From Lingula anatina (lineage: Eukaryota; Animalia; Brachiopoda), in assembly GCA_051362555.1 (NCBI GenBank), contig CM120640.1, forward strand, positions 44,928,788-44,992,787: a stretch of DNA of 64,000 nt. Direction: 5' to 3'. Positions 1-9,943 of the stretch are shown here, in pieces. The position numbers were made by a program, and so were the translations under genes. Numbering within the stretch: position 1 is the first letter of the stretch; each line of letters begins with the position of its first letter. Under the pieces are notes generated by a model. It did not search any database. It was not told where the DNA came from and worked only from the letters and a program-made list of their open reading frames with translations.

Positions 1-181
1 TTGTAATGAAGGCAAATGTATCACTTTTTTCAATAATTTTAAACACAATGTCATTTTGGAAAAAAATATGTTCCAAGTAAGTGGCTTTTTTATTTTTTTA
101 TTACCTTTTTTATTATGATATTTCATGCTTCAGTCTATATCTCTACCTTTCTTTCATGAGTTCTTTTATTTGATGTTGTAG

Positions 182-412
182 ACTGACAACTCCTTCAACT
201 TTGCTGGACACGTACTGAAGGCAGAGGATGAAAATTCCCAGGACAAGGCTTGTGGTGTTTGCACACTGAATGTGGATGGCAAATCAAACATGGGCGAGGA
301 TAGTTTTAAACTGAGTTATGGCCGCAGGCAGTATCATGCAACTTGTGCTAATTTCTGGATTAATGCTGTGGACTCTACTTTACCAGCCTTGAAAATCCCA
401 GAGCTTTTGTGA
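182..412 (+). CDS. SYNRG: Synergin gamma, terminal coding exon (gene starts upstream of window)
   Basis: Acceptor ttgtag ends at 181. Frame TDNSFNFAGHVLKAEDENSQDKACGVCTLNVDGKSNMGEDSFKLSYGRRQYHATCANFWINAVDSTLPALKIPELL* (TGA 410-412). Matches the recalled C-terminus of vertebrate gamma-synergin (ACGVCLLNVD...DSFKLAYGGHQYHASCANFWINCVE...LPDLL). Not listed in the ORF track. Confidence 0.93.
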   Translation, partial: TDNSFNFAGHVLKAEDENSQDKACGVCTLNVDGKSNMGEDSFKLSYGRRQYHATCANFWINAVDSTLPALKIPELL

Positions 413-1415
413 GGAGGGAAGAAAGCATAGCCGTAATTATGTATCTATATGTGATGATGAGGGAGAAGCAACAGCCAAGGAGATTCATGAACATTTTTTA
501 TAATCAGGAGCCTAGTCACCTTCATGCATGTTTTAGTTATGCCATAAATATTATTGAAATATTTGAATATGTAATTTTAATGATTAAAATTAATTTTGTT
601 AGGATAAGAAAATCATGTGTGTGCATATTTTTGCTTTACTTTTGGCAAAATGCTCAAATGTGCATAAAAAGCTATACTACACTTTAGCTTCTGCAAATCT
701 AAAATATAGGAATGATTATGAGAATTTGGCAGTTTTTTCCACCTGATCTTGATGGTGCAACCCCTACATTCCAGTTTGATCAATAATTTGTATATTAGCC
801 TGTGTCAAATGGATGAAACTGATTCTTCTTTGGAAGTTGGAACCAATCTTTTGGGAAGTAATTTGAGTGAAATGTGGTAACAGTTAGCTGTGAGAATAAA
901 CTTTTGATCTGATATTTTCAATTTAATTATAATTCTTTAGATTATGTGAAAAGGAAGAACTTTTGAGGCAAAATGTGTGCGCTTAAGTCTGGCCGTGCAT
1001 TATATGTGTGGTAACAGTATTACACTTTATAACAGTCATTGGTTTTAATGACACTATTAGGTTCTAATTATTGAACATGACCAGCATCTAAATACAGTTT
1101 TAATAATTTACTAAGTTCTAATATTATACTAAGTTCTAATATTAGAACTAGATCCTAGTTTACCAACTTGAGTTTTTGCATTGTTTTTGTTGTATCATTT
1201 AACACCCTTACCTGGTCTCTACACAAGTCACATTGGAGTCCTGCTCTTCCTGGTTTCAGATATCGATTGGTCCACATTTGTGGTATGATCAAAAGTATGG
1301 GTGCAAATCAGATGTATGTTTCAATAAATGAAAAAAACGTGCAATATGTAATTAAGTGTTAATTTATGTCAGTATGTTTTAGATTGTTTTGTGATATATG
1401 GGTCCAAGCTTCAGT

Positions 1416-1421
1416 AATAAA
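1416..1421 (+). terminator. Probable polyadenylation signal of SYNRG
   Basis: AATAAA followed by a GT/T-rich tract (catgttgttattgaaatgttttggttatttg), ~1 kb after the stop. A second AATAAA lies at 1323-1328. Confidence 0.55.
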
Positions 1422-1900
1422 CATGTTGTTATTGAAATGTTTTGGTTATTTGCATTATTCTCTGTGATTGAACAGACGACTATTTGATCACAATTTCCCC
1501 TTATATCTTAATATACCTGAGAATTGAAGTAATACAAATGTAATCAATCTTATTCACTTTTATTTCAATTTTCCCCCATCTCTCTTTAATATACAAATAA
1601 TATTTATATTTACACATATATACACTTTAAACACTAAAGTTTATAGATATTATATACATATTTACATGCATAGACATATTTCTATAACACTAATTACTGT
1701 TATTAACTGTAAACTAATTTCAGGAAAGTAAGGAGTCCATTCTATTCGTGAAATTAGAAATAAGTCACTTCTTGCGCAAAAAAAGGCGTTGATTTAACCA
1801 GGTGTTAGAGATTCACACACAGACTAATTTCTTTTAAATGAAGATTGTTTCCTGAGGCCAAGAGTTGGTTGGTGTGTAAGTTAGACTGGTACTTGGAAGT

Positions 1901-3767
1901 TTAACAAGGTGTTTCCACTTCTTCTTCGCTCTCTAGAAAAAAATGGGTTATTATGAAGCACGTATATATTTACAATAAATACAATACCACACCTTGCTCA
2001 GCTGCCTCTTTCAGTGCGGCAATTCTGGCCAGCTCGTACTGGCAGGCGATGGAGGGAATCCACTGCCTGAGATACGTTGGGTACTTGCAGTATTTTCCAT
2101 TCATTGCCGCCTGAGTCTCGGCACATGGTGGTTCCCGCTCCTTTGGACGAAGACCTTTATGGTGAGGCGGCTTATACCATATCCCTGGTTCCACATAAGC
2201 AGACTTTTTTAGTGGGCGCTGTAGCTATCCTAGGAGTGCCGCATTCACTGGATTCGTAGCTAGTCTGGCTTATGGTGGGAGAGGAGCTTCTCTTTAAGGG
2301 ACCAGGAGACGCTGATCTGAAGTTGAAATCTTCCTTGGTTGTTTTCTCGGTAAATCTGAATTCTACTTCCTTGAAAGTATATACTGTTCTTTCTGAAGTT
2401 GGACCCAGTTTGGCTGGACTTTCTGGTTTGAAAATAGGAAGACTGTTGGTACAAATTAGGTTTAGTGGTATCGACGCGTCTCGCAGATTTTGCTGTTGGA
2501 CTTTTATTGGTCTGCAATTTTAGAATATTTTTTGAAATCACCATTTGCCTTAATTACAAATTGACTGCCAGAGGTACATAAATAAATGTTCTAGATTGCA
2601 ATGGCTAAGCGTATTCGTTGTAGTTCAGAGTCGTAGGGACCAAATTCTTTGAAAATTCCATTGCGTAATTTTTAAGCATACCTTTCTGGTGAAAATAAAT
2701 CTAACCGTAGATATTTCTGCCGTAAATGAATTTAACTACAGAAATTCATAATTTCTTTGTCACAATAAGTAATGTATTCCAATATTCTTGGTACAGTTTG
2801 CCGAAAAAGATTTAAAATTGTACAAAACTCACCAATTTATTCAGGCTGACAATTCTTTCAAGGGGTGCGTTTCTCAAAGAAACAAGTTGGTTCTTTGATT
2901 GACTGAAAAAATGATATAAAGCATGGTATATTTTGCATATTTCAACACCTTTATTTACTTCGAATCATGAACAAAACAGTCCTACCAAGAACAAAAATGA
3001 AAAAAGTGAAAGGGAGAATTCAATTACTTTTCAGATCGTTCAGCCTCCAGTTTATTCTGCAATGAAGCCCCTGGTGTTTTGCAATCGTCACTGCTTGATG
3101 GTAGACTGAAAGAACATTATAAATTATCATTAGATAATACTCTTTGTCAGGGTATCACATAAAACGTGTACATAAAATACATGAAAGGTTTGGTTTCCAA
3201 TAACGAATTGTTTTTAAACGCAATTTGAATAAATGGAATTAAGTTACCTCAGTTGCCTCGTTTTCTCTCTTCTGAATGTCTTTAATTGAAGATTTGATTT
3301 ATCCTCCAACTTTTTTCTTGCTTTCTACGAACCTAAAAGATCAATAAAAGTGTTGCACAACGTTTCGTCGAATTGAATTATGATGACAAATATTTTATTA
3401 TGAATATTACAGTAAGACACATGTTCCGCAAGCAAATAAATTTTCCTCTTATTGAATTGATTGGCCAAATTTGCCATGTGTTGTTATTAACTGGGCGGGC
3501 TCTGTCTAATATCCCTAAGGTGTGATATGGGTTCATTATTCTTATGACACAACATCAAAGTACCTTCCCGGTTTTCTTCTTGGTTGCAGTCTCTTCCCTT
3601 TTGGGTTCTAATTTCTCATGATTTTCCACCGCAGTGGACCGATCATTCGTATTTATAATTGGTGCCTGTAAGGGTCGGCGACGCCTTCGTAATCTTGACT
3701 GAATGTGAGCCGAAGCTGCTAAAAATCTTTCGCGAATGCGAAAATTCATAGGTAAACAACAAGCCAT
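1901..3767 (-). pseudogene. Frameshifted copy A of the unassigned 6-exon gene
   Basis: Exons 3767-3564, 3332-3248, 3105-3028, 2902-2833, 2511-1993, 1932-1901, collinear with intact copy B and all GT-AG. Relative to B: -1 nt in exon 2 (85 vs 86 nt, giving TAA at 3284-3282), -8 nt at ~2446-2454 and +1 nt in the T-run at ~2205-2210 in exon 5. Confidence 0.8.
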
Positions 3768-3848
3768 TGTATCTGGTTGCTATACTCTCTGGTTGCTGTC
3801 TTTGCTGCCAACGTCACAGACAAGCAAAAAGCTGTACGTATTCACTTG

Positions 3849-3856
3849 TGACGTCA
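3849..3856. promoter_or_regulatory. Perfect CRE palindrome TGACGTCA upstream of copy A
   Basis: TGACGTCA 82-89 nt upstream of the ATG at 3767, inside a block identical between the two copies. Confidence 0.6.
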
Positions 3857-5002
3857 TACAGAAACTACGTTATGTGACACAAGGGAGAACAATACGAACG
3901 TATGCATGTGTATCTGTGTGGGTGAAAGCGTAATACTTTTTCCGTCTAAACTACTTAAAGAATTAATTTATTTCAAGGCGTCAATTGGCTGGCATAAAAA
4001 CAGTTGTATGCATAAATATTTTTCAAATCTTTGGAGTTATCTCTGGAGATTTTACGTTTTTTTTCCCACTGGTTTCACACCGAGTTGGTAATTATCACAT
4101 TATAAAAAGAATATATGCCTAGAGATGTTAGGTGACCGTAGAAGAGTACGCTTTTTCGGTTTCAGGGGTGTTTTCACGTGAAATGCGAGTACTTTATCTC
4201 GGTATCATTCACTGCCACCCTTTAGCCATATATTTGCTTTGAACAACTCTCTGACGTTCTAGGTGTTCTGGCATGATGACAGTGTATTATGTCATACTTA
4301 TATCCTTAGTATTTATACAAAATGTTTGTGTTTTTTCACAGGCAAGCTTGTCTGTGTGTCTCCCTGCGTGCGTAAGTGTGTTACTACCCCTTATAATATT
4401 GTGGATTTTCTTCACCCCCCCCTGACACTTTTTGTGACCCATTTCCTCTTATTACTGCATTTGCTTTTCATATCAGCATCATTTAATAGAATAATTTATA
4501 TGTATGATTGTTGTATATCAATTTCTTTCCTCTTATAATACACCTAAGAGATGAAACAATACAAACTTAATATAGTGTTATCATTACTTTAATTCACTTG
4601 TCTTTACATTTAAGTACAAAAATTATGCTAATGTTTGCACATATATACACTTTTTACAGCAAATCATCGAGATATATACAGGCATCATATATACATATAT
4701 AAATCATATATCTACAAAACAAACTACTGTTGTAAACTGTTAACAAATTTCTTTCAAATTTATTAACTTATTCCATTTTGAATGGAATTATTTATTTCAT
4801 CAAAATATTTGGGAGGGTGAATCCGGTCTATTCAGTCAGAAATACTTCTTGTGCAAAAGATTTTATGTGTGCTCGTTGTTGTGCACACAGACTATCAGCA
4901 GTTTTGAATTCGTACAATGTATCTCGCTTTTTAATTTAATTGTTTCTGGAGGCCAAGGGTCAAAACGCCGGTTGGTGGATGAGAAAGAGTGGTACTCTAA
5001 GC

Positions 5003-7053
5003 TCAGCAATGTGTCTCTTCTTCCTCCTCCTCGCTCTCTAAAAAAAAATAAAATAAAATAAAATAAAATAAATAATAATAATAAAATGGATTAACATAAG
5101 TCATATCTTCAACTCTGTGGACTCATACTTTTAAACATTTTAAACGATAAGCTATTACCCATACTACAAATCACAGCAACATGAAAATTAAATAAGTTTC
5201 TTAATTTATCATTTATGAACTTATGAACAAATGAAACAATCACATATATTCAAGTAATACGACACACACCTTGCTCAGCTGCCTCTTTCAGTGCGGCATT
5301 TCTGGCCAGCTCGTACTGGCAGGCGATGGAGGGAATCCACTGCCTGAGATACGTTGGGTACTTGCAGTATTTTCCCTTCATTGCCGCCTGGGTCTCGGCA
5401 CATGGTGGTTCCCGTTCTTTTGGACGAAGACCTTTATGGGGAGGCGGCTTATACCATATCCCTGGTTCCATATAAGCAGACTTCATAGTGGGCGCCCTAG
5501 CTACCCTAGGAGTGCCGCATTCACTGGATTCGTAGCTAGTCTGGCTTATGGTGGGAGAGGAGCTTCTCTTCAAGGGACCAGGAGAAGCTGATCTGAAGTT
5601 GAAATCTTCCTTGGTTGTTTTCTTAGTCAATTTGAATTCCACCTCCTTGAAAGTATATACTGTTCTTTCTGAAGTTGGACCCAGTTTGGCAGGACTTTCT
5701 GGTTTGAAAATAGGAAGACTGTCGCTACTTTTCTGCACATTAGGATCAGTGATACTGACGCGCCTCGCAGATTTTGCTGTTGGAGTTTTGTTGGTCTGCA
5801 ATTTTAGAATATTGTTATGATATCATCATTAACTCCAATTACGAATTATATTTAATGTTCTAGATTGCAACAGCTAAGTTCAGAGTAGTACGGACAAACT
5901 TCTAAGCAAAAATGCCATTTCGTAATTTATCTTTCTATCGAATATAAATCTAACTGGAGATATTTCTTCCAATTAAAATACGGAAAACCATTAATTCTTT
6001 ATCACAATTTTATTTTGTTATTTATTCCAATATTCTTGTTGCAATGTTTTGCTGTAAACAGATTGAAAATGTACAAAAATTACCAATTTATTCAGGCTGA
6101 CAATTCTTTCAAGGGGTGCGTTTCTCAAAGAAACGAGTTGGTTCTTTGGTAGACTGAAATTGTAAAACAGCATGGTATGTCTCTTGCATATTTCAACAAT
6201 GCGCATAAAACTTCTAGAAAATTTCATTTACTTTGAATCATGAACAAAACAGTCCTAAAAAGAACAAAAGCATGAAAAAGGCGAAATATAGAATTCAATT
6301 ACCTCTCAGATCGTTCAGCCTCCAGTTCATTTTGCAATGAAGCCATTGGTGATTTACAATCGTCACTGTTTGGAGGTGGACTGAAAGAAAATTTTAAATG
6401 TTTATTAGATGACACTCTTTGTCGGGGTATCACATTAAAGACATGAAATGTTTGGTTTCCGATAACGAATGAAATTTAAACACCATTTGAATTAATGAAA
6501 TGATGTTACCTCATTTGCTTGGTTTTCTTTCTTCTGAATTTCTTTAATTGAATATTTGAGTCATCCTCCAATCTTTTTTCTTGTTTTCTACGACTCTGAA
6601 AAATAGCAATTACTGTATTTCAAGTACAGCTTTCTACAAAGTTTAGTCTATTTTATTTGTGATGTCAAAAATTTTATCAGAATCTATCTAACAGTTAGAT
6701 ACAGCTTTTGCAAGCAAATGATTTTTCCCCTTGTTGAATTGATTGGCCAAATGTATATTACGTCACATGTTATTAACTGGGCGTTCTCTATCTGCTAGTC
6801 TTCTGTTGTGATAAAGGTTCATTATTCATATGATGCAACTTCAATGTACCTTGATGGGGTTCTTCTTGGTTGCAGTCTCTTCCCTTTTGGGTTCTACTTT
6901 CTCATGATTTTCCACCGCAATAGATCGATCATTCGTATTTGTAATTGATGCCTGTAAGGGTCGGCGACGCCTTCGTAATCTTGACTGAATGTAAGCCGAA
7001 GCTGCTAAAAATCTTTCGCGAATGCGAAAATTCACAGGTAAACAACAAGCCAT
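5003..7053 (-). CDS. Intact copy B of an uncharacterised basic, S/T/K/P-rich protein (332 aa, 6 exons)
   Basis: Exons 7053-6850 (MACCLPVNFRIRERF...KKNPIK), 6595-6510 (SRRKQEKRLEDDSNIQLKKFRRKKTKQM), 6380-6303, 6153-6084, 5795-5270 (TNKTPTAK...KYCKYPTYLRQWIPSIACQYELARNAALKEAAEQ), 5037-5003 (ESEEEEEETHC*). Total 999 nt, open through all five GT-AG junctions. Splice sites and stop position are conserved in copy A (ESEEEVETPC*). Confidence 0.82.
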
Positions 7054-7134
7054 TGTATCTGGTTGCTATACTCTCTGGTTGCTGTCTTTGCTGCCAACGT
7101 CACAGACAAGCAAAAAGCTGTACGTATTCACTTG

Positions 7135-7142
7135 TGACGTCA
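7135..7142. promoter_or_regulatory. Perfect CRE palindrome TGACGTCA upstream of copy B
   Basis: TGACGTCA 82-89 nt upstream of the ATG at 7053. Confidence 0.6.
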
Positions 7143-9628
7143 TACAGAAACTACGTTATGTGACACACGAACGAAGGCGTGTGTATCTGTATGTGTGCGT
7201 GAGAGCGCAATGTTTCTTTAAAATACTTCTTAAAGAATGGATTTATTTCAATGCGTCACTTGTCTAGTATAAAAACAGTTGCATAGATGAAATTTTTCAA
7301 ATCTTTATGGGCTTAATCAATTTTTCATCAGTTTGAAAACGGCACGACCAGCTTCCTGTACTTGGGAAGATTCTCATTTTTAATTGAACCGATCACTTTA
7401 AACATATTACCTTTATTTTAAGAATTAAAGAATGGAAAACAGGTAGACATATTTATATTGAAAATATTATTTATCATTTGTATCTATAAATAATACTATT
7501 TGGATTTCCATTATACAATTACGTACAATATAGTGTTCACATTCTATAAATACAAGGTCAGGCAGAACCATGGCAGCGGAAAAACTCCGAACCGATTAAT
7601 TCCTTCTTAGTTGTCAATAAACTATGTAGTGGCACCAAATACCAGGCATAGTAAGCCTTTTAACCTCCCGTGAGTTAACACGCTATCGAAGCACAATGCA
7701 AGATAAATCAAAACAATATTTTAAATTACTAGTGCATATATCTTTCTGGTAAAAAAATCCATATTCATCGGCTACTCTCTTAATAGTGAAGACTTAAAAC
7801 GTGCATCACCAGTCATTATATCGTGTTAAAAGGCACTAGGTGTGAGCTACAAATGACACTGCAAAATAGCAAATATCTTGGTCTCAAACATGATATGCGG
7901 TCACACAGAGACAGTTTCTAACATTGGCTACTAGTAGATCTAATTTCTCAAAACTCAAAGAATCCTGTGCAAGAAGGCACTGCAGTCTATCAAACTACTA
8001 GCCATAACCCTAAGATAACTAAACATGCAAGATCTAATTTGGATTGTCCGAAGCTTGCTTTGCACTGGCCCCAATGGATTTCTATCATTACTAGCATATC
8101 TAATATTATTTTTATGTCTACCATGACAGTCAGTCTTAGGAATGGAAAATTATTAATATACTGCAATTTACAAAAGTAAAAGATTGTACAATGCTCCCGC
8201 AAGAGTATTACATATCATAAGACAGAGCCATATGATACAAACTTGACATAAAACCATATAGTTTAACTTATTAACATGGAAATGAATATTGAAAATTGTT
8301 AAAATCAATAACAATAAATATATTATATTTATAGATTGGCAATTAGTAATTACTTTGGTATGGGATAATGCGTCTGTAAAGAAACAGATGCACCACAATG
8401 AGGTCAGTCTTTTTTTAACATTTAAGATATTTACTGTGACAATTTTGAATCACCCTTGTTAAATTACATTAATTGTTTGAAAAAAAAAAAAAAAAAAACT
8501 AACATATAAATACATATTTTAATTGGACTGTTTAACCAAAAGAAAAAAAACATACTGGCAACAAAATAAAGCCTAGTGTCCATCATTTTGCATCAAAATG
8601 CACTGAACAGAAAAATTATCACCTTATTTCATAATTATACAAACAGCTTGAATATTCATAATAAACTGGAAGACATCCACTTTTGCAGTTCTTAATCATT
8701 ATCATTATCAAATTTCATCCAACAGTTAACTTCTGCACAGTATTTAGTGCTTTTGTGGATTATATATTGACATTTTAATTGTATACATTTGACAACCAAG
8801 TGAGTGGACTTGATAATATCAGATTTTCATCTCGAAGTTTGCTGTTTAATACCATATTATATGACTTGAATTGTGTTTAACGCTGAAAATTACTATCACC
8901 ATCCCTATATATTAAAAAAAAAGCAGCTGATAGCCCCCAAAAACTTGTAACATGAACCACGTAGAAATACAGTGCCACTGAGGCAGTCCCAGTCAATAAA
9001 TATTTGAACCTTTACTGTATCTATATAAATAAAACTAGAAGTATGTAGGAGATTGGCAAATGACAAAAATTAGAAAAGATAATGAACAAGAAGAGTATTT
9101 CACAGCTTTAAACAGTTCAGATATGTGCTTTTGTAATGTTAAAAAAAAAAAAAAAGAAAAAAAATTCTGATACTGTAGTTACTGTAACAAATAAAAATAT
9201 AAGCTTGGATTGCAGAATACACAGACATCAATAAATCTTCTCAATCTAACAGCATGCTGTTGAAGAAAATAAATGCCACTGCCCAAAAACCCTGTAATTA
9301 CCAACAAAAATTTGCCTATTAAATGAGTCCCTTCTTGTGACAAGTTTTATAAGCATTGCAATTAATTCAATACTGATATTTTCTTTTTTCTATCATCAAT
9401 CAAGCTCTACAATACATGACTAAGGCATTTCTCTGTCTGCCAGGATGAACAAAATATTTCACATATCTGTGTTTTTTTCTACACATCAAAAAATAAAGGG
9501 GAGAAGCACTGCAGTGGTTTCAGTAATTCAAAATTGCCTTCTCTTTTTGGAGGCAAAAAATACTTTCTTTAAGGAAATTTCACAATCATGTCTTGATTGT
9601 ATTAAATTGCTCTTCATTTAAAATGGAA

Positions 9629-9772
9629 TTATCTTTTCAATTTCTTAAAAATGCTTTTTCCTTTAGAAAAAAATCCTTTCTTCTTTTTCTCCTTGCTCTC
9701 ATCTCCTGTTGCAACGGGACTGCTCACATCCTTGTCTTTCTTGCCATCTTTCTGGGGTGAACCTGATTTCTC
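9629..9772 (-). CDS. RIMBP2: RIMBP terminal coding exon with polybasic tail
   Basis: [47 protein letters not shown] (TAA 9631-9629), followed by an AT-rich 3'UTR of ~2.2 kb. A minus-strand AATAAA lies at 7417-7412. Confidence 0.85.
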   Translation of the reverse strand, partial: EKSGSPQKDGKKDKDVSSPVATGDESKEKKKKGFFSKGKSIFKKLKR

Positions 9773-9893
9773 CTTAAAAAAGAGAAGAAAATCCTAAGTT
9801 GTGTTAAAAACTTTTCAAAATACACAAATATCTGTAGTTTTCTCTATAGTTTTGTACCACTTCATTCCACATTCATGTCTTTTTTCTGTCATA

Positions 9894-9943
<50 letters not shown>

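Larger units (their letters stand above)
1520..7305. repeat. Direct tandem segmental duplication (~1520-4030 vs ~4540-7305)
   Basis: Collinear similarity through 3'UTR, exons, introns and upstream region (e.g. 2832-2900 vs 6083-6150; 3560-3881 vs 6846-7167; 3940-4030 vs 7215-7305). Boundaries are approximate. Confidence 0.92.

Noticed and set aside
409-687. 92-aa plus-strand ORF
   Set aside because: It begins at the SYNRG stop and lies in its AT-rich 3'UTR; no recognisable protein features.
1994-7267. Pairs of similar plus-strand ORFs (1994/5271, 2272/5548, 3736/7022)
   Set aside because: Antisense shadows of the duplicated minus-strand gene; their similarity is explained by the duplication.
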